In this document: positions 18,326 through 28,509 of the stretch, piece by piece | How the letters are laid out: each line of letters opens with the position of its first letter | Numbering within the stretch: the first letter of the stretch is position 1 | Source of the DNA: Coxiellaceae bacterium | GTDB lineage: Bacteria; Pseudomonadota; Gammaproteobacteria; Coxiellales; Coxiellaceae | Direction of reading: 5' to 3' | DNA: 57,403 bases | NCBI GenBank assembly: GCA_021731545.1 | Contig: JAKFXE010000019.1 | Coordinates: forward strand, 1 to 57,403 | Made by a program: the position numbers and the translations under genes | The notes under the pieces: model-generated | What the model was told of the DNA's origin: nothing | Seen by the model: only the letters and a program-made list of their open reading frames with translations | Databases searched by the model: none

Positions 18326-19261
18326 TTGACTCTAAACATTGATCATAAACATATTCAAGCGGTATTAGACAATGCGGTTGTCTTGGCTCGTACTCACAAT
18401 GAAGGTCAGGTAGCAGACTATATTCCACAGTTAGCCTCTGTGCCTCCCGATATTACCAGTATTGCCGTTAGCTTAACGGATGGCACTCAATTTTTTTCAG
18501 GAGATGATGAGTCTCGGGCCTATACCTTGCAAAGCGTAGCAAAGTTGGTGGTGCTGGTTGGTTTGTTAGAGGAATTGGGTGCTGAACAGGTTTTTTCGTG
18601 GGTGGGGGCTGAGTCTTCCGGCAATGATTTTGCTTCCTTAGCGCGCCTGGATCAACATAATTTAAAACCCTCTAATCCCATGTTAAATGCAGGGGCGATT
18701 GCTCTGTGTGGCCATATTCCGGGTAAACCCGAGGAGCAAATGCAGTGGTTGGAGGCCTGGTGTGCAAAGTTATTTGATACGAAGCTGGATGTGGATACAG
18801 AAGTCTTTTTTTCCGAGTGTGCCACAGGCAATAAGAATCGTTCGATGGGGTTTTTACTCAAGCACAACAACATTATTGAGGGCGACATTGAAGCTATTGT
18901 GACAAATTACTTTTATTTGTGTTCTTTTGCGGCCACGCTAAGACAAGCAAGTCATCTGCCCTTGTTGTTAGCCAATGGAGGCTTGAATGTGCGCGGTGAG
19001 CGAATACTCTCGCGCGCCACCGTGCGTACTGTGATTTCCATTATGCTGACCTGTGGTTTGTATAATGAATCCGGAGAGCATTTAGTGCGCACCGGCATGG
19101 CCGCAAAAAGCGGTGTTTCAGGCTATATTGTGGCCGCAGTTCCAGGTGTGGCGGGCATTGCAACGATGAGCCCTCGCGTAAATTCACGCGGTAATAGTGT
19201 GCGGGGTGAAATCATGCTGGAGCATCTAGCACGTGAATTGGATTGGCATCTGGCGGTTTAA
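18326..19261 (+). CDS. glsA: Glutaminase
   Basis: Serine-dependent glutaminase fold, LQSVAKL (S-x-x-K) motif, 311 aa. TTG start as in the track. Confidence 0.88.
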   Translation: MTLNIDHKHIQAVLDNAVVLARTHNEGQVADYIPQLASVPPDITSIAVSLTDGTQFFSGDDESRAYTLQSVAKLVVLVGLLEELGAEQVFSWVGAESSGNDFASLARLDQHNLKPSNPMLNAGAIALCGHIPGKPEEQMQWLEAWCAKLFDTKLDVDTEVFFSECATGNKNRSMGFLLKHNNIIEGDIEAIVTNYFYLCSFAATLRQASHLPLLLANGGLNVRGERILSRATVRTVISIMLTCGLYNESGEHLVRTGMAAKSGVSGYIVAAVPGVAGIATMSPRVNSRGNSVRGEIMLEHLARELDWHLAV

Positions 19262-19301
19262 TTAAAAAATCATTTTTGTGCATTTATTGCGTTGAACTTT
19301 C

Positions 19302-21134
19302 CTACTCCACCGTAACAGACTTGGCTAAATTGCGTGGCTGATCGATATCAGTGCCACGCAGCAGTGCAACATGATAGGCCAGTAGTTGTAGGGGAATGGT
19401 GTATAGCACGGGATTGAGTGCTGAATGGGAAGCGGGCATTTTAATAATCGATACGCGTTCTGCTTCTTTCCAGTCGAGATTTTCATCCGCAAATACAAAC
19501 ACAATGCCGCCGCGAGCACGCACTTCTTCAATATTTGAGGCTAATTTTTGACTGAGTTCGTCTTGGGGGGCTAAAACAATCACGGGCATTTTTTTGTCAA
19601 TGAGGGCTAGGGGTCCGTGTTTAAGTTCACCGGCTGGATACGCTTCCGCATGAATATACGAAATTTCTTTGAGTTTGAGTGCGCCTTCCAGCGCGATGGG
19701 AAAATAAAGTCCTCTGCCTAAAAACAAAGTATCGGCTTTGTCGACAAAATGCTGAGCCCATTTTTGAATGGCGGCATCTAAAGTTAAGGTCTGCTGTATC
19801 AGCACAGGCAGATGCTTGAGTTCTTTAACGAGTTCAGCTTCTCGTTGTTTAGTTAAGCGATGATATTGACCTAAATTTAAAGTGAGCAGCATCAGTGCGA
19901 CCAACTGTGTGCTAAAGGTTTTGGTCGCAGCCACACCAATTTCAACGCCCGCGCGAATCATAAAGGCCATATCGGCTTCGCGCACTAAAGAACTTTCAGG
20001 CACGTTGCAAATGGCGAGAGTGGCTTCATAGCCATCTTTTTTTGCTTGACGTAAAGCCGCTAAAGTATCTGCTGTTTCTCCAGATTGAGAGAGCGCTACA
20101 AAAAGCGAGTGAGGCTCCACCACTTTAACGCGATAACGATCTTCGCTCGCGACTTCAACTCGGCATGGAATTCCTGCTAGGGCTTCTAACCACTGTGCGG
20201 CCACTAAACCGGCATGATAACTGGTGCCGCAGGCTACAAGGCAGACACGTTGAATCTTGGGAAAAATAAGGCTGGCCTGATGACCAAAGCTGTTTTGGAT
20301 TAAGTGATCATCGCTCACATAACCACTGATGGCATCGCTGATAATCTCGGGCTGCTCGAAAATTTCTTTCAGCATATAGTGGGCAAACTCACCTTTGGAG
20401 TGAGGATCGCGTGAAGTATTCAGTTGATGAATTTCGCGTTGTACTGTTTTTCCATGGGCATCGAAAAGCCTGACTTGATGGGTTTCCAAAAGCGCAACAT
20501 CCCCTTCTTCTAAATAAATAAAACGTTGTGTGAGGTTTAATAGAGCCAGAGGATCAGAGGCCAGAAAATGTTCATTATGGCCTAAGCCAATGACAAGAGG
20601 GCTTCCACTGCGCACCGCATAGAGTTCCCCAGGTGCTTGAGCGGCCATAATCGCTAAACTATAGGCGCCTTCTAATTTTTTTATGCTAAAACGAATGGCG
20701 CTGAGTAAATCATTTTGAGTTTGAAGCTGTTGATGAATTAAATGGGCAATGACTTCGGTATCGGTTTCTGATTCGAAGTGATAGCCCTCGCTTTGTAGTT
20801 GTTGACGCAGCTCCGAATAATTTTCAATGATGCCATTATGCACGATGGCAATTTCTTCATTGGAAAAATGCGGATGTGCGTTTTGAGTGGAGGGCTCTCC
20901 ATGGGTAGCCCAGCGCGTATGGGCAATACCTAAATGACCGCTTAAAGGATGTTGTGCTAAAGCTTCGGCTAAGCGCGCGACTTTGCCCAAGCTGCGCAGG
21001 CGTTGGATTTTATCGTCGCCATTAATAACGGCGACGCCCGCAGAGTCATAGCCTCGATATTCCAGCTTTTCTAGGCCTGTCAGTAACAGAGGAACGACGT
21101 CCCTATTGGCAATGGCTCCGACAATACCGCACAT
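19302..21134 (-). CDS. glmS: Glutamine--fructose-6-phosphate aminotransferase
   Basis: MCGIVGAI N-terminal nucleophile, two SIS domains, C-terminal KSVTVE. Confidence 0.97.
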   Translation of the reverse strand: MCGIVGAIANRDVVPLLLTGLEKLEYRGYDSAGVAVINGDDKIQRLRSLGKVARLAEALAQHPLSGHLGIAHTRWATHGEPSTQNAHPHFSNEEIAIVHNGIIENYSELRQQLQSEGYHFESETDTEVIAHLIHQQLQTQNDLLSAIRFSIKKLEGAYSLAIMAAQAPGELYAVRSGSPLVIGLGHNEHFLASDPLALLNLTQRFIYLEEGDVALLETHQVRLFDAHGKTVQREIHQLNTSRDPHSKGEFAHYMLKEIFEQPEIISDAISGYVSDDHLIQNSFGHQASLIFPKIQRVCLVACGTSYHAGLVAAQWLEALAGIPCRVEVASEDRYRVKVVEPHSLFVALSQSGETADTLAALRQAKKDGYEATLAICNVPESSLVREADMAFMIRAGVEIGVAATKTFSTQLVALMLLTLNLGQYHRLTKQREAELVKELKHLPVLIQQTLTLDAAIQKWAQHFVDKADTLFLGRGLYFPIALEGALKLKEISYIHAEAYPAGELKHGPLALIDKKMPVIVLAPQDELSQKLASNIEEVRARGGIVFVFADENLDWKEAERVSIIKMPASHSALNPVLYTIPLQLLAYHVALLRGTDIDQPRNLAKSVTVE

Positions 21135-21222
21135 AGACCTTATCCTGCCCTATTAGATGAGGGGAACAAAGCTATCATTTTAGGGGCGCTAGGACAACTG
21201 CGAGCTGTGATGGGATGAGTGA

Positions 21223-21483
21223 TCACTCCAGAAAATATCGATAGTTGACGCCAAAAGTGGCTTCAATGCGCTTGGCAATGGTTTTGCCAATAGGCCTGCG
21301 TCCATTTTCCATCTTAGAAAGATTGGCTTGAGTAACATTTATTTTTTTTGCAAAGGCCACTTGAGATAAGGCCTCTCGGGTGCGAGTTCCCTTTAGTAAG
21401 GCGCCCGCAGGACTTAGTTTTTTTTCAAGTTTTGTAAAAACAAGGTTGGTGGGAATGGAATTTTTAAGTTCTTTTTTGATCAC
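21223..21483 (-). CDS. XRE-family HTH protein (second HTH gene of the toxin-antitoxin operon)
   Basis: SQVAFAKKINVTQANLSKMENGRRPIGKTIAKRI helix-turn-helix. Its GTG start shares one base with the upstream TAG (TAGTG). Confidence 0.65.
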   Translation of the reverse strand: MIKKELKNSIPTNLVFTKLEKKLSPAGALLKGTRTREALSQVAFAKKINVTQANLSKMENGRRPIGKTIAKRIEATFGVNYRYFLE

Positions 21484-21794
21484 TAGTGTATTTCCGTAAA
21501 TTGATTGATACGAATAGAGCCTTCTGGGAACTTGGCAACGATTTCCAATTTTCCACCCATAGCCTCTATATAGCCCCTGAGCGTGGAAATATACATATCT
21601 GCTCGTCGCTCCAACCGTGATACATTGGCTTGTTTAGTGAGTAATATCTCAGCTAATTTTTCTTGGCTCAGTTGTTTGGCTTGACGCAATTCTTGCAAGG
21701 GCATTTCAGCGAGCATTTGAGTCGATTTTATTTTAGCCGCTATCTGTGCCTGGGGCGACATTTTATTTTTTAATTGTGTAAAGTCCTTGCTCAT
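21483..21794 (-). CDS. XRE-family antitoxin (HigA-like partner of a gp49-type toxin)
   Basis: LSQEKLAEILLTKQANVSRLERRADMYISTLRGYIEAMGGKLEI, the C-terminal pattern typical of antitoxins paired with gp49/DUF891 toxins. Confidence 0.8.
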   Translation of the reverse strand: MSKDFTQLKNKMSPQAQIAAKIKSTQMLAEMPLQELRQAKQLSQEKLAEILLTKQANVSRLERRADMYISTLRGYIEAMGGKLEIVAKFPEGSIRINQFTEIH

Positions 21795-21810
21795 ATAGGG
21801 CTCCTATTTT

Positions 21811-22164
21811 CTACACCTGTTCAAGCTCTAAACTTTTTAAATGTTCTGCATACAATTTGTCGGCTTTTGAGATCATGCGCTCATACCAATGAGCTTTGCC
21901 TGCCTTGTTTTCACCGAGCAGTAAAATGGCAGTGCGTCTTGGGTCGAATGCATACAGTATTCGGTAGGGATTGCCTCTGTGTTGGATTCGTAATTCACGC
22001 ATATGAGAATAGTGCGCCGCTTTAATTCCCGAGGAATGGGGGAATCGAAGATCTGGCCCTAACTGTTCAAGCAAATCTACAACAGCAGCAATATCAATTT
22101 GTTCGACTTCCGTTAATTGATTCCACCAGTATTCAAACTCATCTGTATATTCAACATTCCACAT
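21811..22164 (-). CDS. Type II toxin, gp49/HigB-like (RelE/ParE superfamily)
   Basis: MWNVEYTDEFEYWW..LRIQHRGNPYRILYAFDPRRTAILLLGENKAG. I prefer ATG 22164 to the track GTG 22176. Confidence 0.8.
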   Translation of the reverse strand: MWNVEYTDEFEYWWNQLTEVEQIDIAAVVDLLEQLGPDLRFPHSSGIKAAHYSHMRELRIQHRGNPYRILYAFDPRRTAILLLGENKAGKAHWYERMISKADKLYAEHLKSLELEQV

Positions 22165-22197
22165 AAGTGAGCTCACGTGGACTATTTTTTTCTTGAA

Positions 22198-22225
22198 ATA
22201 TTACATAAAGGGAATATGCTGTCAA
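22198..22225 (-). promoter_or_regulatory. Near-consensus sigma70 promoter for the toxin operon (TTGACA-16 nt-TAATAT)
   Basis: Read on the minus strand. The -10 element ends about 34 nt upstream of ATG 22164. Confidence 0.5.
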
Positions 22226-22371
22226 GGGAATTCTCCCATTGATTTTTTAATAATAGGGCTGAAAGCTTATCGTGTTCTTATTCTTTCGGCACTACCGTAT
22301 TTCCAGCCTTTAGCATTGAAGCTTCCTCCTCGAACGTTTATCATGTGCCCTCTTTCACGCTGAGGATTCTA

Positions 22372-24360
22372 ATGCCTTCTCGCCTAATGTTAGCGAATGC
22401 CCTCCGAGTATTGGCTATGGACGCGGTTCAAAAAGCCCAGTCGGGTCATCCGGGAATGCCGATGGGTATGGCGGATATCGCTGAAGTGTTGTGGCGTGAC
22501 TTTTTGCAGCACAATCCTGCCGATCCACAGTGGATTAATCGAGATCGTTTTATTGTTTCCAATGGTCATGGCGCTATGTTGCAGTATGCGCTGCTGCATT
22601 TATCGGGTTATGCACTGAGTCTAGAGGATCTTAAGCAATTTCGTCAGCTGCATTCTAAAACGCCCGGCCATCCTGAATACGGCGATACGCCTGGCGTAGA
22701 AACCACCACAGGTCCTTTGGGCCAAGGCTTGGCAAATGCTGTGGGTATGGCGATTGCAGAAAAATTAGTAGCCGCGCAGTTTAATCAACCGAACTTTGAT
22801 TTGGTAAATCACTACACCTATGTGTTTATCGGTGATGGTTGTTTGATGGAAGGTATTTCACATGAGGCCTGTTCTTTAGCGGGTACTTTAGGCCTGGGTA
22901 AGTTGATTGTTTTTTGGGATGATAATGGCATTTCCATTGATGGTGAGGTCGCCGGTTGGTTTCAAGACGATACTCCAAAACGTTTTGAAGCCTATCATTG
23001 GCATGTAGTACCTTCGGTGGATGGTCATGATCCCGAGGCGGTGCATGCGGCCATTGTAGCAGCGCGCGCAGAAACAAACAGACCCTCTTTAATTTGTTGT
23101 CGCACTCAAATTGGCTTTGGTTCACCCAATAAAGCCAATACGGCCGATGCACATGGATCGCCCTTGGGCGAAGCCGAAATTGCTTTAGTACGCAAACAGC
23201 TGGCTTGGTCTGAAGAAGCATTTGTGATTCCTGCTGAAATGTATGCCGCTTGGGATGCGCGCAGGCAAGGTCAAAGCCTACAGACAGAGTGGGAAGCTTT
23301 ATGGGCGCGCTATCAATTACAATTCCCTGAGTTGGCCGCTGAATTTGCGCGTCGTATGTCCGGAGCGCTACCGAAAAACTTCCTGCAAAAAACCACAGAG
23401 CTGATTCAAGAAGCACAAGCTCAAGCAAAATCTATGGCAACACGAAAAGCCTCACAGTGGGTGCTTAATAAAATTTCACCGGCCTTGCCCGAATTATTGG
23501 GGGGCTCTGCTGATTTAACAGGTTCCAACTGCACAGATTGGTCGGGTTCAAAATGGATCAATCACACTGATTGGAAGGGTAATTATTTATCCTATGGCGT
23601 GCGTGAATTTGCCATGTCTGCGATTATGAACGGCATTGCACTGCACAAAGGATTAATTCCTTATGGCGGAACGTTTTTAACCTTTTCAGATTATGCACGC
23701 AATGCGGTGCGCCTCAGTGCGTTGATGCAGCAACGCGTAATTTATATTTACAGCCATGATTCCATTGGTCTGGGAGAAGATGGGCCTACGCATCAACCTG
23801 TTGAACACATCGCCATGCTGCGCATGACGCCGGGTCTGCGCGTGTGGCGGCCTTGTGATACCATCGAAACCGCCGTGGCTTGGCAACAAGTTTTGTTGCA
23901 TCAGGGGCCCAGTTGTTTATTGTTAACCCGGCAAACTGTGGCAGAACAAGTTCGCACAGCAGAGCAATTAACCGAGATTCATCGAGGTGCCTATATTTTG
24001 GTGGATACACCTAAAATGCCTGAACTTATTTTAATGAGCACGGGTTCGGAGTTGGATTTGGCGGTTAAGGCAGCGCACATTTTAAATGCAAAGGGCCGGC
24101 ATATACGGGTGGTTTCAATGCCCTGTTGCGAGATATTTAAGCAACAAAGCGCTGAGTATCGTGAAAGTGTATTACCCGCGAGTATAACGGCACGCATCGC
24201 TATAGAGGCAGGTGTGAGTGATTATTGGTATCAGTTCGTGGGCATGCAAGGTTCTGTTATTGGCTTAGATCATTTTGGCGCTTCTGCACCCGCCGAAATA
24301 TTGTTTAAAGAATTTGGTTTTAGCGTAGAGAATATTATTGAGCGAATCCAGGCAATGTAG
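22372..24360 (+). CDS. tkt: Transketolase
   Basis: [41 protein letters not shown] is nearly collinear with E. coli TktA. Confidence 0.96.
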   Translation: MPSRLMLANALRVLAMDAVQKAQSGHPGMPMGMADIAEVLWRDFLQHNPADPQWINRDRFIVSNGHGAMLQYALLHLSGYALSLEDLKQFRQLHSKTPGHPEYGDTPGVETTTGPLGQGLANAVGMAIAEKLVAAQFNQPNFDLVNHYTYVFIGDGCLMEGISHEACSLAGTLGLGKLIVFWDDNGISIDGEVAGWFQDDTPKRFEAYHWHVVPSVDGHDPEAVHAAIVAARAETNRPSLICCRTQIGFGSPNKANTADAHGSPLGEAEIALVRKQLAWSEEAFVIPAEMYAAWDARRQGQSLQTEWEALWARYQLQFPELAAEFARRMSGALPKNFLQKTTELIQEAQAQAKSMATRKASQWVLNKISPALPELLGGSADLTGSNCTDWSGSKWINHTDWKGNYLSYGVREFAMSAIMNGIALHKGLIPYGGTFLTFSDYARNAVRLSALMQQRVIYIYSHDSIGLGEDGPTHQPVEHIAMLRMTPGLRVWRPCDTIETAVAWQQVLLHQGPSCLLLTRQTVAEQVRTAEQLTEIHRGAYILVDTPKMPELILMSTGSELDLAVKAAHILNAKGRHIRVVSMPCCEIFKQQSAEYRESVLPASITARIAIEAGVSDYWYQFVGMQGSVIGLDHFGASAPAEILFKEFGFSVENIIERIQAM

Positions 24361-24380
24361 GGGCGGGCCTTGTGCCCTCC
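24357..24380 (+). repeat. Short family-A-related element (GTAGGGGCGGGCCTTGTGCCCTCC) containing the tkt stop codon
   Basis: The TAG at 24358..24360 is the TAG of the GTAGGGG motif. Confidence 0.6.
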
Positions 24381-24419
24381 TTCTTTAAGAATAGTTCATT
24401 TTTAGCAAGAGGAAAATAT

Positions 24420-25436
24420 ATGACAATTAAAGTCGCAATTAATGGTTATGGTCGCATTGGTCGCAATATTATGCGAGCTCTGTATGAGTCGGGTATGCGT
24501 GAGCATATTGAAGTAGTAGCGATTAATGACTTGGGTGATATCAACACTAATGCGCATTTAACGAAATACGACAGTGTGCACGGTCCATTTAAGGGCGAAG
24601 TCAGCGTGTCTGGCCCTAATCTTGTGATTAATGGAGATGCCATTCGGGTGTGTGCGGAGCGAGATCCTGCAAAATTGCCTTGGGGTGAATTAGAGGTGGA
24701 CATAGCCTTTGAGTGCACGGGGTTTTTTGCGAGCAAAGAAAAAGCCAAGGCGCATTTGCAAGCAGGGGCTGATAAGGTATTAATTTCTGCGCCCGCAGGA
24801 GATGACGTGGTCACTATTGTGTACGGGGTCAATCATCATGTTTTAACGGCAGAAGATAATATCGTATCAAATGCTTCGTGTACGACGAACTGTTTGGCAC
24901 CTTTAGTAAAACCGCTGCATGAGGCTTTGGGCATTGAGCGAGGCTTAATGACGACTATTCATGCCTATACCAATGATCAAATGCTCACGGACAGCTATCA
25001 TTCGGATTTGCGCCGCGCGCGTGCTGCAACGCAATCTATGATTCCCACTAAAACGGGAGCTGCTGCCGCGGTGGGTTTAGTCTTGCCGGAATTGGCCGGA
25101 AAGTTGGATGGTTATGCTATGCGTGTGCCTACTATTAATGTGTCGGTCGTAGATTTGACTTTTGAGGCCAAACGTAAAACCACGGTGGCTGAAATTAATG
25201 AAATTCTTAAAAAGCTTGCGAACAAGGGCGATCTTAGGGGAGTGTTGTTATACAGCGATGAACCTTTAGTATCGATTGATTTTAATCACAATCCGGCCTC
25301 TTCCATTTTTGATGCCACTCAAACACGCGTAATCGATAATTTAGTTAAAGTGGTTTCCTGGTATGACAATGAGTGGGGATTTTCTAATCGCATGCTGGAT
25401 ACCGCGCGCGCCATGATGGCGACGATGGTGTTGTAA
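24420..25436 (+). CDS. gap: Glyceraldehyde-3-phosphate dehydrogenase
   Basis: [15 protein letters not shown] and the active-site [22 protein letters not shown] ribosome-binding site before ATG 24420. Confidence 0.96.
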   Translation: MTIKVAINGYGRIGRNIMRALYESGMREHIEVVAINDLGDINTNAHLTKYDSVHGPFKGEVSVSGPNLVINGDAIRVCAERDPAKLPWGELEVDIAFECTGFFASKEKAKAHLQAGADKVLISAPAGDDVVTIVYGVNHHVLTAEDNIVSNASCTTNCLAPLVKPLHEALGIERGLMTTIHAYTNDQMLTDSYHSDLRRARAATQSMIPTKTGAAAAVGLVLPELAGKLDGYAMRVPTINVSVVDLTFEAKRKTTVAEINEILKKLANKGDLRGVLLYSDEPLVSIDFNHNPASSIFDATQTRVIDNLVKVVSWYDNEWGFSNRMLDTARAMMATMVL

Positions 25437-25458
25437 TCTGCAGGCGAATTAAATTTTT

Positions 25459-25521
25459 TGTAGGGGCGCCCCTTGTGTGCGCCCGTTTTTTCTTTTGGGC
25501 GAGTACAAGACCCGCCCCTAC
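25459..25521 (+). repeat. Family-A palindromic element, most complete copy
   Basis: TGTAGGGGCG-CCC-CTTGTGTGCGCCC-gttttttctttt-GGGCGAGTACAAG-ACC-CGCCCCTAC forms a long imperfect hairpin. Confidence 0.85.
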
Positions 25522-25566
25522 GATTTTTGAATGGGTAAGCCTGTTCTTCCATAAGTGAAAAAAAAC

Positions 25567-26772
25567 ATGAATAAAACTCCACCTTTCCTAAAAATGAGTG
25601 AATTAGATCTCAAAAATCAGCGCGTGTTGATACGTGAGGATCTGAACGTGCCGATGGATCAGGGCCACATTACGCACGATGAGCGTATCCAGCGCGCGCT
25701 ACCCAGCATTCAGCAGGCACTTAAAGCCGGTGCTCGAGTCATGGTGGTTTCGCACTTAGGTCGTCCGACGGAGGGTGAGGCAGATGAAAATCTTTCCTTG
25801 GCGCCCGTGGCGGCAGCACTGTCTCAAGCGCTAGGCCAAGAAGTGGTATTGTGGAAAGAGTGGTTGAATTTAGAAAAACACCCTTTTTCAGAGCCCCAGC
25901 CCGGCCAAATCGTCTTGTGTGAAAATGTACGTTTTTTAAAAGGTGAAAAAAAGAATGATCCGGCTTTGGCGCAACGTATGGTGGAGTGTTGCGATATTTT
26001 TGTGATGGATGCCTTTGCTACCGCGCACCGCAAAGAAGCTTCTACCTATGGTATAGCCGAATTTGCTCGAACAGCCTGTGCGGGCCCTCTATTGGATGCG
26101 GAGATTCAGGCGCTGAGCCAAGCCTTTCAGTATCCAAAGCGCCCTCTCGTGGCTGTAGTGGGAGGCTCCAAAGTTTCAACTAAAATTCAATTGTTGGATG
26201 CGTTGATTCAAAAAGTGGATGCCCTCATTGTGGGGGGCGGAATTGCGAATACTTTATTGGCCGCAGCAGGCTATCCCGTGGGCGCCTCTTTGTATGAGGC
26301 CGATTGGTTGGAGCCAGGAAGACAATTATTAGAAACAGCGAAACAACGTGGAGTCAGTATTCCCTTGCCTGTTGATGTAGTGGTGGCTAAGGCCTTTTCA
26401 TCGGATGCGCCCGCTACGCTCAAAGCGATTTCGGAAGTATCTGAGGATGACCGCATTTTTGATGTGGGCCCTGCAAGTCTTCAGCAGTATGAGCCTTTAC
26501 TTGAAAAGGCGGGAACCATTATTTGGAATGGACCTTTAGGGGTTTTTGAGTGGGAAGCTTTTAGCCAAGGAACTCGGGCGCTGGCGCTGGCTATTGCGAA
26601 CAGCGCGGCTTTTTCCATTGCGGGCGGTGGCGATACCTTGGCTGCCTTAGATAAATTTAAGCTTCATGATAAGATCTCTTATGTATCAACGGGCGGCGGC
26701 GCTTTTTTAGAATTTATGGAACAAGGCAGTTTGCCTGCAGTGGATATACTTATTAAAAGGAGTCAGTCGTGA
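25567..26772 (+). CDS. pgk: Phosphoglycerate kinase
   Basis: [22 protein letters not shown] and SHLGRP motifs. The start is uncertain (25555, 25567 or 25594). Confidence 0.94.
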   Translation: MNKTPPFLKMSELDLKNQRVLIREDLNVPMDQGHITHDERIQRALPSIQQALKAGARVMVVSHLGRPTEGEADENLSLAPVAAALSQALGQEVVLWKEWLNLEKHPFSEPQPGQIVLCENVRFLKGEKKNDPALAQRMVECCDIFVMDAFATAHRKEASTYGIAEFARTACAGPLLDAEIQALSQAFQYPKRPLVAVVGGSKVSTKIQLLDALIQKVDALIVGGGIANTLLAAAGYPVGASLYEADWLEPGRQLLETAKQRGVSIPLPVDVVVAKAFSSDAPATLKAISEVSEDDRIFDVGPASLQQYEPLLEKAGTIIWNGPLGVFEWEAFSQGTRALALAIANSAAFSIAGGGDTLAALDKFKLHDKISYVSTGGGAFLEFMEQGSLPAVDILIKRSQS

Positions 26773-28217
26773 TGCATCATTCTTTGCAGCGTCGAACTAA
26801 AATTATTGCTACCTTAGGCCCTGCTACCGATTCTGTGGAAGCGATGACGCAACTGATAAAGGCCGGTGTTGATGTGGTGCGCCTTAATTTTTCACACAGC
26901 TCCCATGAGGAGCATAAAAAACGCATGGAGCTTGTACGCTCTGTCGCCAAAGAGCAAAACAAAATCGTGGGTATTTTAGCGGATTTGCAGGGTCCTAAAA
27001 TTCGCGTAGCCTCTTTTAAAGCTCAAAAAATTCACTTAAAAGAAGGGACTTCTTTTATTTTAGACGCCAACTTGGCGGATGAGGCTGGAGATGAGCATCA
27101 AGTGGGCATCGATTATAAGCAGTTGCCTCAAGATGTGCAGGCTCGTGACACTTTATTACTCGACGATGGTCGCATCATGTTCAGTGTTGAAAAAATAGAG
27201 GGTTCAAAGATTCATTGTCGTGTTGAGGTGGGGGGAGAGCTTTCCAGTCACAAGGGAATTAATCGCTTGGGTGGTGGTTTGTCGGCTAAGGCTTTTACAG
27301 ATAAAGATAAGCAGGATATGAAATTTGCACTGACTATGGGTGTGGACTTCATTGCCTTGTCTTTTCCGCGCAGTGCAGACGATATTCTAGAAGCCCGCGC
27401 ACTGATGAATGAGCATCAGGGAAAGGCCAATTTAATTGCTAAAATTGAGCGCGCTGAGGCCATGCAGGCTATCGATGCCATTATAGAAGCCAGCGATGGT
27501 GTGATGGTGGCGCGCGGAGACTTAGCCGTTGAAATTGGTGATGCCGAAGTACCTGTGGCACAAAAAGCGATTATTCATAAAGCACGTTCCTTAAATAAAC
27601 CGGTCATTACGGCCACACAAATGATGGAGTCCATGATTTCCAGCACCGTCCCTACGCGTGCAGAAGTCTCGGATGTGGCAAATGCCGTTTTGGATTATAC
27701 CGATGCAGTGATGTTGTCCGCAGAAACTGCTGTGGGTGCGCACCCTAGTAAAGTAGTGGCCGCCGTAGCGCGTGTGTGTGTGGTGGCCGAGCAACAGCCG
27801 GATGCACAACTATCGCGCCATCGTATTGAATGTACTTTTGAGCGTATCGATGAAGCCATTGCCATGGCCACAATGTATACCGCAAATCACTTGGATATTC
27901 AGGCGATCATTGCCCTGACGGAATCGGGTGCCACACCTTTGTGGATGTCTCGTATTCGCACTGGTATTCCAATTTATGCTCTAAGCCGAAATATCGGCAC
28001 TCTGGGTAAAATGAGTTTGTGTCGCGGTGTGTACCCGATGGCTTTTGATTGCACTCTTTATTCTCGGGATGAGGTGAATAGCGCCTCGGTGAAAATTTTG
28101 GAAGATCGGGGAGCTGTGCAGGATGGCGATAAAATTATTTTGACGAAGGGTGATTATGCGGGTGTGGGGGGCGGGTCGAATGCTCTCAAAATTCTCGTTG
28201 TGGGCAAAGTATTATAG
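26772..28217 (+). CDS. pyk: Pyruvate kinase
   Basis: RRTKIIATLGPA, MVARGDLAVE. The ATG overlaps the pgk TGA (TGATG). Confidence 0.95.
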   Translation: MHHSLQRRTKIIATLGPATDSVEAMTQLIKAGVDVVRLNFSHSSHEEHKKRMELVRSVAKEQNKIVGILADLQGPKIRVASFKAQKIHLKEGTSFILDANLADEAGDEHQVGIDYKQLPQDVQARDTLLLDDGRIMFSVEKIEGSKIHCRVEVGGELSSHKGINRLGGGLSAKAFTDKDKQDMKFALTMGVDFIALSFPRSADDILEARALMNEHQGKANLIAKIERAEAMQAIDAIIEASDGVMVARGDLAVEIGDAEVPVAQKAIIHKARSLNKPVITATQMMESMISSTVPTRAEVSDVANAVLDYTDAVMLSAETAVGAHPSKVVAAVARVCVVAEQQPDAQLSRHRIECTFERIDEAIAMATMYTANHLDIQAIIALTESGATPLWMSRIRTGIPIYALSRNIGTLGKMSLCRGVYPMAFDCTLYSRDEVNSASVKILEDRGAVQDGDKIILTKGDYAGVGGGSNALKILVVGKVL

Positions 28218-28229
28218 GAAAAATAAACG

Positions 28230-28424
28230 ATGAACAGTTGGTATTTGTTGTTGTATTTGGCAGGGGCCGCTTTGATGGCGTGGTTGGCGGTGCGGATGGT
28301 GCGCGCGAACCCCGGCGCCTTTAGTCGTGAAAATTTAGGAAAATCTATTACCACCACAGGCTTTTTAGCTTTACTGATTATCGGGGTGGTGGTAGTTTGC
28401 ATTATCTTTTTGCGGCGCATTTAA
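28230..28424 (+). CDS. Small (64 aa) two-TM membrane protein, hypothetical
   Basis: Two clear hydrophobic helices, 12 nt after the pyk stop. No recognisable family. Confidence 0.4.
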   Translation: MNSWYLLLYLAGAALMAWLAVRMVRANPGAFSRENLGKSITTTGFLALLIIGVVVVCIIFLRRI

Positions 28425-28509
28425 CAAGGATGTTCGAATGCAGGGGCAGGTCTTGGTCCCGCCCGTTCTAATCATTTAACGAAAACAAAATAGGTAACAG
28501 GAGAAAACA

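Noticed and set aside
21135-21222. I looked for a glmS ribozyme upstream of glmS, and for a preQ1 riboswitch upstream of queC (53020..53130).
   Set aside because: No conserved cores are visible. These RNAs are mainly found in Firmicutes, and the regions look like ordinary promoter DNA.
22826-23428. 200-aa minus-strand ORF inside tkt. Similar antisense ORFs lie inside gap (24446..24832), coaBC (47075..47479), the M50 gene (48258..48884), lpoA and other genes.
   Set aside because: All are embedded antisense to strongly recognisable housekeeping genes and show no family resemblance.
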